DNA of 64,000 bases. Source: Lepidodermella squamata (taxonomy: Eukaryota > Animalia > Gastrotricha). The translations under genes and the position numbers were made by a program. Below, piece after piece: positions 44,401 to 57,413 of this stretch. Numbering within the stretch: the first letter of the stretch is position 1; the number at the start of each line of letters is the position of its first letter. Location of the stretch: the NCBI GenBank assembly GCA_047495785.1, contig JBLDXI010000042.1, forward strand, positions 4,712,001 through 4,776,000. The letters are read 5' to 3'. A model generated the notes under the pieces. It searched no databases, was not told the DNA's origin, and was given only the letters and a program-made list of their open reading frames with translations.

Positions 44401-46632
44401 ACGATCGGAGTAACCTCAGTAAAAGATCTGCCAATCGTTTCGACCCTGTTACACCCTGATTCTTCAACTGACCAGCCACGCTAGCTAATGTAGTGACTGT
44501 ATCTGAGACTAAATGGCGAAATTGCGCCGAGCCTGATGTGTCGTTCGAAGTTTGATACGCCGCCATTAAAATTCGCGTGAAAATGTCCATGATAGTCGCG
44601 GCTGATTCTTGCCTAGTGTTCGGGCTCGCGTATATCAAGCCAAGCTGTCTAACGATCAAAACGTCCAAAATTGGCGATGGAGGTCGAGCTAAACGTTGCT
44701 GGAGTACATTCAAAGCGAAATCATGAGACCAAGCTGGGGCGTCATCGGCAGTTGCTAAATGGCCAACTGCCAGTAAAATCGACTGAGAAACGAAGTCTCG
44801 TGCCACGCCTGATTTCGACGACTCAACTACATATAACCGTTTAGGTAGCGCCCTTAAAATCGAATTTGACATTGAATCGTTATCTGTGTTCGATAGACTC
44901 TGGCAGCGAACTAAGCCGAGAATGGCAGCTTGGCGTAAGTTATGAAGTACCTCCCCTGCTGCTCCTGGCACGCCTGGGGAGCTTGCGTAGTCATTTAAAG
45001 CGACCATGTGCGTTGGAGTTAGAGTGTTATCTCCGCCCATAGATTTAGAGGTAGAACTCGTAGAAGGTTCGCTGGTTGATTGAGCACCGGCGATATGCCG
45101 AGCTAAACGAAGCAACAGCGGCGCTGGCTCAGTAACAAATTGCTGTAGTACATTCGAAGCTGCGTCAACTGCGCCGGGAAATCGGCTTGCCAATTCAATA
45201 ATTGCCTGAAATTTAGAGAGATGTTACAGAAATCTAATCAATTCCTGATTTTTCTTACGTTTATGCAAATCATGTAGAGCTCTCTATGTGAGCTGACTGA
45301 ATTAGTTGTAACAGCGGCTTCTCGTGACATTAGCTGGCTACCTAGCCGTCGAATAATCGACTCGGCTTCATGCTGTGTAACAGTTATTCCAGCCAATATC
45401 GAAACACAAACCGCCGTTGAAGCAATATGCAATGTGCGAGCTTGAGGACTTCGCGGCACAGAGGCTGCATTGCCATGTTGCTGATGGTCGAGCAACTCGT
45501 GGGAAAGAGCCGAAATCGCCGAGGTCAGAGATTTCAACGACTCGCTGTTATCGACTCCAGAGGAATTTGTTGTGTTTATAGCGTTGGCAAATGCAGGCCA
45601 TAATTCCTTGATTGCGATCAGAATGTTGTAACGGAAAGATTCAATAATAGACGTTGAGTATATGAATCGACGCCTTGAAACACGCTTTGTCGCTATCATT
45701 TCGGATAAATGATCACCAACGCCAAATACGGGAATAATACTGAGTAGTTTGCATAGCGATCGCAGAATGCGAGACAGATCGGCAAATTGAAGAGGTAATA
45801 TCATCTTCGCCTCATTCTGATTGTTTCCAGACGCAGAAAATAGCGTTGAACCAATGTCGTCGTAAAATTTGTGGTTGTATTCTTGCTTTTGATTTTCATT
45901 TCCAGGTATAGATTTGTAGTGTTCGGTAATTCGCGCTAAGAAAGGTGATACTTTCGTATCATTCTTGTTAGTCAAAACACGACCGAATGCACGGCAAAAA
46001 CCGAAAAATTGCGGTATGGCTGAAGTCAGCAACGCTGGAACGCTATTAGCAGCAGCTGAAGAAGACTCGTCAGTTGTATTGGTTGAAACACAAGGCGCGA
46101 GTACAGGGCCCAAAGCCGCAACAAGACTGTCGAAATATGCCATAAGCCCTGTAGTTATTTGAGGCCTTAGCTGGGTTTGCTGCCAAGCAACTTCCGATAA
46201 CGTAGACACAATTATGAAAGATATACACTCGCCAGGAGGTAATGCTAAATAAATTCAGGTTAGCGGCAAATAATAGCACCTTTTCACAGACTTACAATAA
46301 TGGAAGTCGAAATTTCCGGAAAGCGATGCAGTAGGTAGAACTCGAAGCATTGCCAGTAGTTGTCTAATGATATCAGAGAGAGTTCCATCCTAGAATAGCA
46401 GAATGAAAGAAATTACTTGGTACAACAACGATTCAATTGCACTTACGTCATCTCGTTTAGAAAGGTGACTTAGAGCGCTGATACATAGACTTGACGCACT
46501 AAGCAACTGCCGCGAGCCATCAAGCAGCTTAGGGGCGCGAATGTTGCTGACAGTACCCAATATAGTTTTCTTCAAATCAGATGAACTGACTTTGGAGGAA
46601 ACGAGTCCCAGCAATACAAACGTCTCATCCAT
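38444..46632 (-). CDS. PI4KA: Phosphatidylinositol 4-kinase III alpha; exons 46632-46447, 46389-46296, 46244-45259, 45205-41738, 40237-38444
   Basis: KLFRDVWLF; YLLSVYKIE; YIPQMVQALRHD; PMQSAAKAPYLARF; IFKVGDDVRQD; IKDRHNGN; HIDFGFLFESSPGGNLGFE; YQQNEIQY. Confidence 0.96.
40606..41245. mobile_element. Tc1/mariner (pogo/Tigger-like) MITE in a PI4KA intron
   Basis: Perfect 22-bp TIRs CAGTAAAACCTGTTATCTCGAA; TA TSD on both sides; many internal TTCGAG/TTCGAC subterminal motifs. Confidence 0.9.
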
Positions 46633-46804
46633 GTTTTATATCATCATTATAAATTCAACTAGAAAGGGAGTAACATAGAAAAAAACATATCTCCATTACA
46701 TGCAAGTAGGCGATTTTCCATTCACCATTCACGACCTGTAAACAGAAGGGTCACGAAGACCGAAGACTCCATTTGCTATTGCTACCGTTTCCCATATCGT
46801 GGGT

Positions 46805-46953
46805 CGTGGGTAGAAGTGCCCTTTAAGAGGGCGTTGCTCTCAGAAGGTTTAGTAGTAGTTTAGTTTAGCTACGTTTAGGGTTGGGGGTAAGGTTGCCCCC
46901 TAAGAGTGAGCCCTCTGAGAGCCACGCCCTCTTGGAGGGCACTTCTACTCGCG
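46805..46953. repeat. Imperfect ~40-bp inverted repeat (small foldback/MITE) in the PI4KA-CRELD divergent promoter
   Basis: GTAGAAGTGCCCTTTAAGAGGGCGTTGCTCTCAGA ... TCTGAGAGCCACGCCCTCTTGGAGGGCACTTCTAC, with a TTAG/TTAGGG-like loop. Confidence 0.7.
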
Positions 46954-47436
46954 AAATTGGAGGAGGCCCTCACGACCACCTTAGACCTCAGACCTCATAT
47001 TGCAGCTCCTTCCGGTAATCCGGTAATCCCCACAAAAACTTGCCCTCTCCTTAGTTACCCTCGATCATTCTGCAAAAATATATTAAAAAATCCTTTTTAG
47101 AATTACAAGGTTCGATACGTTTGATAAAATTTTCGTCGTTAAGCATTATTTATATATAAAAAAATGTCACAAGGTCGTATGAAAAAATCTTGTAGCCGGT
47201 TTTCGGCGCCAAGTCGTCGTCAGCTTTTTTGCTCAGAAAACCAGCCTGATTTTTTTTCCAGAAAGGTACAAAAGCTGAGTGATGAAGTTTCAGTTTTTGT
47301 CCGTTCAGTCATAATTTGATTTTGAAACACCCTAAACACGTTACGATCGTTATCTTATTCACCGATTAATATTGAGCTGTAACTCTCTGTAACTCTTGAT
47401 AGGTGTTTACTGTTCCTCAATTTTCGCTGTTCTTCA

Positions 47437-48909
47437 ATGCTGCAAAACATTTCTGCAGCTGTACTAATATTAGCCGCCTTTGCACTTTCGACCTCCGCAG
47501 AAAAGTTCACGCTATCTGAAAAATGTGATAAGTGTAAAACCATCTCACGAGAGTTCAAGGAAGGTTTAGTTCGGACTGCGAAATCGAATTTCGGGGGTGG
47601 AAATACTGCGTGGGAAGAAAAGAAGCTGAAAGGTTTCGCTGCTAGTGAAACTCGACTCATTGAAATCGTCGAATCTATTTGCTCCAGTGATAAGTTCTGC
47701 AGTTTATTCATGGAGTCCCATGAAGAAACTATAGAGAAGTGGTGGTTTGATAATGCGGAACTACTTAGAACTTCAAGTACGACTGACGAAGGCGCTGCTC
47801 AAGTTGCTGACAAGTTTGCAGATTTCCTTTGTGTCAAAGAAACTTCAGTTTGTTGTCCAAATAATACATACGGTCCAAGCTGCACTCCATGCCCTACTAA
47901 AATATCCGGGCTGTCTTGCTCGGCTAATGGCAAGTGTGATGGTGATGGAACTCGATCAGGAACTGGTAAATGCTCTTGCAATCAAGGCTACAACGGCGAT
48001 GAATGCTCTTCGTGTTCTGATGGTTATTTCTCTTCGGCGCCCGACGATAAGTCTTACGTATGTACTGCCTGCGAATCGAACTGCGAAAGTTGCAGCGCAG
48101 CTGGTCCCGGTCAATGCGAGGAATGTGCGAAAGGATTTGAATTAAGAACACCCGAAGGCAGCGAAACAGGATCATGCCATGATATCGACGAATGCGGAGC
48201 GGAAGAATCGCCGTGCAAAGCACCATCAACGTACTGCGAAAATACACCAGGTTCGCACAAATGTATGTCGTGCGATTCATCGTGTGATTCTGCAGGCTGT
48301 ACAGGCGCAGGCCCAGGAGCTTGCATCGGTGACTGTGTCACTGGCTATTCGAAAATCGAGGGTCGGTGCGAGGATATTGATGAATGTACTGCAGCTGAGG
48401 CTAATGGTCAGAAAATATGCGGGGAGCCTAAAGCTGGCGAATCCGTGTCACCCGTTTGCGTCAATACCCCTGGGTCTTACCGATGCAGTTGCTCCGAAGA
48501 GGGTTACGAGTATGGCGAGGGCACTTGCTCTGCTGTGAAAAAGGAGGAGCCTAAGGAAGAGTCGACTGAACATGGGAAGAAAAAGTATACTGACCCGAAA
48601 AAGAAGACTAAGAAGGAGAAGAAAGATACCAATAAACCGTTGACCAACAAATCTGCTGCTCCAACGAAAGGCTCGTCGTCGCTCGAAACTGATTTTAACC
48701 TCATCCACTTTTGTGCCCTTCTCGTTATTAGCATCATTGTGATTTCCTTCCTTGCGTCAAAGCCGCGACCGTGGCCCGCTGTGGCCGGTGTCTTGCTGGT
48801 TCTAATGGCTGTGTACGTGTATTATTACGTGGGAACGCACGAGCCGAAGAAAGGTGCTGATTCTGATTCTTCAAGCTCTAGCAAACCCAAAGCGTCGCGA
48901 AGAAGTTGA
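47437..48909 (+). CDS. CRELD: Cysteine-rich with EGF-like domains protein (membrane-anchored, CRELD1-type); intronless
   Basis: Signal peptide; CDKC; NFGGGNTAWEE; SETRLIEIVE; furin-like and Ca-EGF repeats (DIDEC, CVNTPGSYRC); two C-terminal TM helices. Confidence 0.93.
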   Translation: MLQNISAAVLILAAFALSTSAEKFTLSEKCDKCKTISREFKEGLVRTAKSNFGGGNTAWEEKKLKGFAASETRLIEIVESICSSDKFCSLFMESHEETIEKWWFDNAELLRTSSTTDEGAAQVADKFADFLCVKETSVCCPNNTYGPSCTPCPTKISGLSCSANGKCDGDGTRSGTGKCSCNQGYNGDECSSCSDGYFSSAPDDKSYVCTACESNCESCSAAGPGQCEECAKGFELRTPEGSETGSCHDIDECGAEESPCKAPSTYCENTPGSHKCMSCDSSCDSAGCTGAGPGACIGDCVTGYSKIEGRCEDIDECTAAEANGQKICGEPKAGESVSPVCVNTPGSYRCSCSEEGYEYGEGTCSAVKKEEPKEESTEHGKKKYTDPKKKTKKEKKDTNKPLTNKSAAPTKGSSSLETDFNLIHFCALLVISIIVISFLASKPRPWPAVAGVLLVLMAVYVYYYVGTHEPKKGADSDSSSSSKPKASRRS

Positions 48910-49295
48910 GAAACGAATTCCATGGTACCGCTGATAAAATATTTACGTAGCTCTACAAAAACCGTATGCAATTTTGTTCAAAGTGTGTTGTAGCAATGTT
49001 GTAACGTTGTTATTTCTGGCTTTAACTGGGTTCAACTCGGTTTGAGCAAGGCAGTGTGTTTCAATATTATGATAATATTGGAGGGTGTAGTCTTTCTTTT
49101 TGTTTTTTTTTTCTCGCCGTGTGTTCACGCCCGATGGCTAAAATGACAGATGTCAATCTATCTATAGGCTCCTTGCTGTTTTAAGTTGATGAAAAGTGAA
49201 TTAAATTATTTCAATTTCATAATAAATTCCGAAAATTCTGCAATTTCTTCTGCTTTTGTTTCTAGTTAGTTTTATCTGATTTTTTCTATTGAAAA

Positions 49296-52200
49296 ATGGT
49301 GTTGACGTCGGCAGCTGGTGTCATCGCGCTGTTGCAAGAGCGCGAGACTGAGATGAAAGTGTTCGCGCTCAAGCGTCTGAACTTGCTAGTCGACGAATTC
49401 TGGCCCGAAATCAGCGAGGCAATCGAACAACTCGAAGTACTATACGAAGACGCCGCTTTTCGCGAACGCGAACTAGCCGCTCTGGTCGCCTCAAAAGTCT
49501 ACTACCACCTCGGCGCCTACGAAGAAGCCATGCGATTCGCCCTAGCCGCCGGTCGTCATTTCGACATCAATCAGCGCAGCGAATATGTCGACACCATTGT
49601 CGCGAAATGCCTGGATGAATACGTCCGTCTACGCGTCGAATCTTGGGGGTCGAGCAACTCGGCTGACGTTAGGATCGACGCCCGACTCGAATCTGTTGTC
49701 CAGCGTATGTTCCACCGGTGTGTTGAGCATCGCCAATATCAACAAGCCATTGGAATGGCGCTCGAAACTCGCCACGTCGAGGTGCTCGAGAAGGCAATCA
49801 TGGCCGCGGCTGCGAATTCCGAAGACCACGCCGCTGTCCCTGCTGCCCTGACCTACTGCTACCGGGTCGCTATGTCCCTGGTTGATTGCCGCAAGTTCCG
49901 CGATGAGGTCTTGCGAGTTCTAGTCCGTCTGTACTCGGCTCTTCCCGAGCCTGATTACCTTAGCATGGCCGCTTGTCTGATTCACTTGGACGATGCTGAT
50001 TCTGTTGCTAGGGCGCTGGAGCAGCTGCTTCACCGTGGCTCCTCGCAAGAATCTGGCGCTGAACGGTCGTTATTGATCTGCTACCAATTGGCCTTTGATT
50101 TGTACGACACGGCTAGTCAGCAATTTGTCCACCGTGTGATTTCAGCCCTGAGAGCCGGTCCATCCCCTGCCCCGGTGTCTACCATTCCCGCCTCGACTGA
50201 GCCGCCCGCTTCAGCCCTGGCCGCGACCGGACCCGGTTCGCCCTTTAAAACGCCTAGGGTTACCGACACGCGAAGTGTCGCCCTTCCGCCGATGACCGGC
50301 AGCGGTTCCGGGTCGGTTGAAGAGCCGCTGCGTCGCCTGGTGTCAATTCTCCAGGGCGACGTGACGACTTCGTTGCATTTGCAGTTTTTGATCCGCAATA
50401 ACCATGCGGATTTGACGATTCTGAAGCAGACGAAGGAGCAGGTTCGCCAGTTGGTGTGCCATACGGCTACGATTCTGACGAACGCCTTCATGCACTGCGG
50501 CACCACTATGGATGCGTTTTTGCGCGACAACCTCGAATGGCTGGCTCGTGCGACCAACTGGGCTAAATTCACTGCAACTGCCTCGTTAGGTAAGGAACTT
50601 GAAAATTTACATATAGGAAAATTGGAGATTGAAGCTAAACTTACACGCTAAAACTCAGGCTATCAACTAGTCTGAGCTATGTATTTGATTGAAAATTGTC
50701 TCAGACCTAAATTTAGATCGTGACTCATTTTCTCTTAGTTTTTCTCTATTTTTCAATAATTTTTCTTCGAATTCGCTTTTATTAAGACGGGAAATATCTC
50801 GTAGGAATATTTGCGATGTTTTATTGCGGGAAAATCTGTTCAATATATTCTGCTCCAACATTCAATATTCAGTCGGATCGTACAATTTTAGTAGTTGCAT
50901 TTCAAGTTTTTTGGGTGAGAACATCGTATTTTTATTTGGAAAAATTACACAATTAAAATACCAACTTGTAGACGCTTCTGGGGCCAAAAATGACAGATTT
51001 CAATATTTTTAGTATTTTTGATTTTTTCAATATTTAAAGGGGAACAGCAAAAATCTAGGATACTCATGACGTGAAATATTTGATTTATTCCACATTTATT
51101 TCCTAAACAATCTCAGAATTGTTTAAATCATGGATGATTTGGAAATTACATTTCATCTTCAAATAAAGTCGAAATTATTTATTTACTCGATTACAAAGAC
51201 CTTCGGCCTCTAGGTTTATTCCGAATAAATTTTTTTCAGTGCTTAAATGAGGAAGCACGCTTCACCCAAGCCTGAATGGATTATTTTTATGAAGAAGGCT
51301 TGGGGACCAAGAATTTCCCAAAATCATTGAAATCATTGAAATTCGACTAGGCTCGTCGTATTCCAGGTATCCTTTAGTTCAACCAGTTTGATGGCTAAAA
51401 TAGGGGATGTTTGTTTTTTCAAAAATTCTCTCATTGTTTTAACATTTTCAGGCATCATTCACCGCGGTCATGAACGCGATGCTCTGACCATGTTGGCTCA
51501 ATATTTGCCGCGCGAGGAAGCTGGTGGAGCCGCGCCTGCTGCCGGAGCCGGCGGCAACGCAGCCGGCGGAGGGGCTGGTGGCCACACCTCCGGCTCGCCC
51601 TACTCAGACGGCGGCGGTCTCTACGCCCTGGGCCTCATCTACGCCAACCACGGCCGCGACGTTGTCGACTACCTGCTGAACCAGCTGAAAAACGCCAAGT
51701 CGGACATCGTGAAACACGGCGCCTGCCTCGGCCTCGGTCTCGCCGCAATGGGATCGGCCCGTCGCGACGCCTACGAGCAGCTGCGTTTCGAGCTGTACCA
51801 GGACTCAGCTATTAGCGGAGAAGCGGCCGCCATCGGCATTGGCCTTACTATGATGGGAACGGGCAGTGACGAGGCAATCCGCGATCTGCTGCAATACGCG
51901 AAAGACACGCAACACGAGAAAATCCAACGCGGCCTCGCTCTAGGCCTTGCCTTCGCCACAATCGGCCGCATGGAGGAGTCAGACACCCTGATCGAGCAAC
52001 TCCTCACCGATAAAGAGGCTGTTCTCCGCTGGGCTGGTTGCCTGGTCGTCGCGGCGTCCTACGCCGGCACTGGCAGTAACGTTGCACTGAGGAAGCTGCT
52101 CCACTCGGCTGTGACTGACGTGAGCGACGATGTGCGCCGCACGGCTGTCACGTCGATTGGTTTCGTGCTGTGCCGCCAGCCTGAGCAAGTCCCGGCTGTT

Positions 52201-55073
52201 GTTTCGCTCCTGTTGGAGTCGTACAACCCGCACGTGCGTTACGGCGCTGCCATGGCCCTGGGTGTTGCCTGCGCTGGGTCGGGCAATCGCGACGCTCTGC
52301 AACTGCTCGAACCCCTTCTTCAGGTAATTTAAACAAAAAAATAACAATCAAAACCCACGAATACTTATTAAAGCAGCCTTTTCTACTACTAATGGAATTT
52401 ATTGACTAGCATTTCACTGTTTACAAGTTGCCGTTGCTTTTTCTCACAATATTGTTGCAAATTCAAATTTTTTACACAATTCAAGCTTTATGCAATTTAA
52501 AACTGGGTCATTCCCAGGCAAAAGTGCACAAAAGAATTTGAAAATGCATCATAGATGTCAAAACAGGTGACGAGGAATGCTATAATGAAAATAAAAACCA
52601 TGAAAATTAGTTTACGAAAACGCGAAATATTAGCCGTATAAGTGCGTATTAGTATCTTATGGCCGTGATATAATTTCCCAAAATCTTTGAATTATGCAGG
52701 ATATTTTCAAGTATTTTTAACTCAAAATACACGCGAGTTATTTAGCGTTTAATTGGATTTAAATTGCATGCTCAGTGCTTTCAGTGCTGCGAAAGGAAAA
52801 TAATACGAACTTGTTGCTGCCATTAACTTTTTCGCGTGTCAAGTGGTGAACTGTTGAAATAATTGGCTGCCATTCAATTCTATGCACTTATTCTTACTTC
52901 TACTCGGCAAATTTTTTTTAATTAGTTCTAATTAAATTCAATTATATTCAATTTTGTAATTCAATTACTTTTTTTTAAGATTGTCTACTTTCGACCTAGA
53001 TTACTGACGCTAAAAATTTTTAACTAATTGTAATTCTGCAGGACTCTTTCTTCAGTACATTTGAAAAAAACTGGGAGAACTGAAAATTCTTAAAATTAAA
53101 TTGATTGAGATGAAAAAAATCAGATGTCCATTCAATAGCGTTTATCAGTCAAATTTTGATAATCAAAAATGAAAATCTGAATGAAAATAGCCTAAATATG
53201 TCTATTAATCACTAAAACTTAAAAATCTCGAAATTCTTCGATTATCGAAGTGTTATTTAGTCGTAAATGAGCCATCAATTTAGCTTTCTTGACGTGATGT
53301 GATGAAGATTCAAAACCTGAATAATAAAAAGCAATATTTTCAATTCTTTGTATTTCAATTAGGATTCGGCTGGATTCGTCCGTCAAGGTGTCCTCATCGC
53401 CTCGGCGCTCATTCTGATCCAACACAACGACGTGACCTGCCCGCGCGTTGCCGCCAACTTCCGCGGCATCTACGCCCGCCTGGTCGCCGATAAGCACGAA
53501 GACCCGTTGGTCAAATTCGGCGCCATCCTCGCTCAAGGCATCATCGACGCCGGCGGCCGCAACCTGACCATCGCCCTGTGCTCCCGCACCGGCCAGCACT
53601 TGTACCTGCCGGGCATTGTCGGCCTGCTCGGTTTCGTGCAAATGTGGTTCTGGTTCCCATTGTCGAATTTCCTCGCTCTCGCCTTCACGTCGTCGTGCTT
53701 GATCGGCCTGAACGGCCAACTTCGCATGCCTCGGACCAATTTCCTGTCCTCAGCCCGCCCTTCAACCTTCGCCTACGTGCCGCCGGTTGAAGACCGTCGC
53801 GCCAAGCGAGTTGAGCGCATTGAGGCCGCTGTTTTGAGTGTTGCTGAGAAGCAGCGCCGCAAACAGGAGGCCGTTGCTAAGGCGAAGGATGACACGAAGG
53901 CGGATGCGGCGAAAGCGGCTGGTGAGGCGATGGAGGTCGACTCGAAGAAAACGGAGAAGACCGAGACAACCACTGCAGCTGCTGCAACGACTACCACCAC
54001 TGCAACCCCAGCTGTAAGTTTTAAATTATCACGAAATAGGACATTTCTAGTTACTTCACTAAGTTCAATAAGTGAAGATTTTATTAGATTTTCCATTCCG
54101 TAAAATTTTAAATGGAAGATCTCAGTATCGAAGTTGAAAAATGAAAAATTCGAAGCTTGAATGTGAACTTGAAACTTGGTAATCATTAAGATTGATATTT
54201 TTTAATTTTCATGCCAAATTTTTGGCTTGAACTTCTAACTTGAACTTCTAAATAGGAAAATCCTATTTTTTCTACGCTTAGCCCTTGCTCTTTTGAAGTT
54301 CTAAAATTGTAACCTAAGGTTGGTGAAGTAATTCCTGATTTTTCTGCAATTTTTGGGAATTTTTTTTAGATTTTATGGCCTCGTGAATTTCAAGGGTTAA
54401 AGCCGTTGAGAAGGAGAATTAGTAAAAAATTTACACATTTCTTAAGTTGTAAAAGGTGAAGCCCTGAAACTTTCGCAAAACATCACCCAACTGTTGAGAG
54501 AATTCCGGAAAATCTTCAAGAAATATTTTCTTTTCTTGAACAAGCCAAGAGATTTAAGCCAATTTCCACCAAGTTAATTTGCTCGGTTGTTTACTGTACT
54601 TATTGTCTGAACTGTTTAATTAATGTTCGTTAATTTTATAGGCCGAAGGCGGGGAAGCTGCTGCCACTGGTGACAAACCAGCCGAGAAAACCGAGAAGGA
54701 GAAAGCTGCCCCGGAGCCGACGAGCCAATTGCTGGCGAACCCAGCCCGCGTGTTGCTGCAACAACTGCGCGTCATGTCGCTCCCCGCCGACTCCGGCTAC
54801 GAAGCTGTGCGCGACCTCCGCTCCGGCGGTTCTGGCATCATCATGCTGGCGCGGCGGTTGCCGCCCGGCGACTCGGCCGACTCAGCGCAGGCCGAGGAGG
54901 ACCTGCTCGATATGGACGTTTTAGGAGCGGCTGCGCCTAGCGCAACCAGCGGGACCACCTCGGCCGCGACCGGATCTTCGACAGCCGGCGGGGCTTCTCG
55001 GGGCGCGGCTCAAGAAGACGACGACCAGCCTGAACCCGAACCGCCAGCGCCGTTCGAGTGGACCGATGAGTAG
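49296..55073 (+). CDS. PSMD1: 26S proteasome regulatory subunit Rpn2; exons 49296-50589, 51452-52323, 53363-54013, 54642-55073
   Basis: [11 protein letters not shown]; FWPEISE; [12 protein letters not shown]; PC repeats; [10 protein letters not shown]; [13 protein letters not shown]; NPARV; C-terminal [10 protein letters not shown]. Confidence 0.97.
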
Positions 55074-57413
55074 CCGCCGGCCGGTATAACGTTCTCTCTC
55101 TCCCCTCCCGTTTTTTGACAGAAATAAATGTATAGAAAAAACAAAACTATAACCAACAACAAAACGTTCTTTTCAAGCTTTTCTAGCCTCGTCAAGACAG
55201 GCTCTAATACAGTATGAAAACCATGATTATTCTCGCAACAAATATCTGTTACAATAACGATTGCCGAAAGTTGCTCCTTGGAAGCGTATTCTCTGTCCAA
55301 CAGAGGCGTTTCCGCTGTGTGATGAAATGACTTTGCGCACATTCTATGGTACGGAATGCTTTCGGTTGTGTTTGCTGCATCTCTTGTCGAGCTAGGATTC
55401 TATACGTTATAATAAGGCAGAGTTTGGAAATAAATTAAACGCGACAAGAACGGGCGGTTGTCTTTTGAAATCTTGGTAACGGAAGTTGACGAGCTAAATC
55501 TTGGCTGCTGGCATTTGGTTGCAGTTTAACGTAATCCAGGCCTAGACAACTAGGTCAAGGTCATTCGCCATGCAAAATTAAATTTTCCATTTCAAAAGCG
55601 CGTGCAACAATTACCAAATACCAAACGATTCACCGTCATTGAAAGCCTTTTATCAAGTTTCATGAAATTTGGTTGGAATCTGAGCGCTCACTCGAAAATT
55701 TGGCGATTTTGTCGGAATTGCCACGGTTGAGTAGCCCTGGCGTAGTCGCATGTCAAGTCCACGCCTAATGATTTCGAATAATACTTCGACCATGCAAACT
55801 TTTAGCTTCTTGCGAACCGTTCACATTTTGGCAGATACCGCCTTTGAGCTTGTACAATTTACAATAATCTATGAACTATTGGAGGAGTAACTACCGAAAA
55901 GAATAGGGTGACAAAAATCGAACCCGGGAAGGTAACGACCAAATGAGAGCGGTACCGTTGGCTAGCCCAAAAAAGCCAGCCTGGCTGTGTACAATACACC
56001 GATAGCTGCTAACTATATCAGGACATGAAATAACATGCATGAGTTATTGGAAAATGTTTATTCTCGGAACTTTTCGGGTCTTTACCTTACTACATTCGAT
56101 TCTTGATTTGCCAAAAGTTCAGATTTGCGATCCAATCGATTCAATCGCTAAGCCTAAGTCGTTTCAGCATAATACGCTGGTTGCGACGCTTTGTTCTCTA
56201 AATTCTATATTATTATTCTTTTTCTACTCATAGAAAGTATATTGCGTGCTCGTTGAAGTTCCTGGACGATCCTTTGGTTTCACAACACAGCAAAAGTGTA
56301 GGTAATGGTCGCTCCATATCGTGTCGCGGAAACACAATGGAGCGACCGTTACACGCAGCGAACACAGATGCATGGTTCCGATACGAGAAAAGCTTGGAAA
56401 TATCGTCACCCTAAAGCCTTTAAGCCCGTACCCCGCGTTTCACGTGATCAACTTTCGCATCGGGCTTTATTCTCGTGTTGAATGTGTCCAATGTGTTTTT
56501 CATGTTCTCCCTAATTTCGAAACAAAACTGTCTGGTCGTTTTTTGACCTCATGTTAACCTAGTAAAACACCGCGACGAAAGGAAAGTAATTCAAAGGGTA
56601 GTTTTATTCAAATAATAGTTTATAATGGAGGTGTATATAATTTTTCGTGAAGAAGTTGCAACTTTTAACTCCAATAGAAAATCGCCATGACACACCTTTA
56701 CCCGCTTTACCCAGCCAATATTTAACGTGAGCAATCGGCTATATTTGAGAAGCAGTATTAGGTACATAGTATTTATAATAACTTCGTTCGAATCATCTGC
56801 GTGTACATTTCGGCAGCTAGGCATGAAATCAAATTCAATCGCGGGAATAATAGTTAGTTTATGAAAAGCATGCTTTTTTAAACCCTTGTTATTGCTGTAG
56901 TAAGATGCTGCTTAGCAAATAAAGAAAATCGACACACGTGAAAAAATTAAAAACAACATGCACCTCCATAGATAGTCTTCTCGCAACTGGAGAGCGGAAC
57001 GGGTGGCTTCGGTTCGCTGAACATATTTTGTTACCCTAATAAAATCTATCCCTGAAAAAATAAAATGAAAAACTCGGAAAAAAAATCATCAAAATTTATT
57101 CCTCATCACAATGATAATCCAAAACAATCAAAAAAGATGGAAGACAATGAAGTTTTCGCAAAACCATATTTCAGCCGGAGCCCTCGCGAAAAATGGAGCC
57201 GAAAAATGAAAACTATAAAAAAAACAAGAAAAAATTAAAAAAAATCCTTGATGAATTTCATACCAATAAGATGCTCATAAAATAAAACGATCCCCTCAAT
57301 TTAATCAATGCATTGATTCGACCTGACTGAAAAAAATAAAAAATAAATAAAAATAAAAAATAAAAAAAAATGAGAAAATGAAAGAAATTGGAAAAATGAT
57401 GTCAATGTTGATT

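Noticed and set aside
46390-46416. Apparent 27-nt micro-intron in PI4KA
   Set aside because: A better GTAAGT donor at 46446 gives an ordinary in-frame 57-nt intron.
51034-51377. Kolobok-like MITE ends (TTAAAGGGGAAC ... GTATCCTTTAG)
   Set aside because: The terminal match is too short and degenerate.
57328-57370. (TAAAAA)n run
   Set aside because: Ordinary low-complexity 3'UTR sequence.
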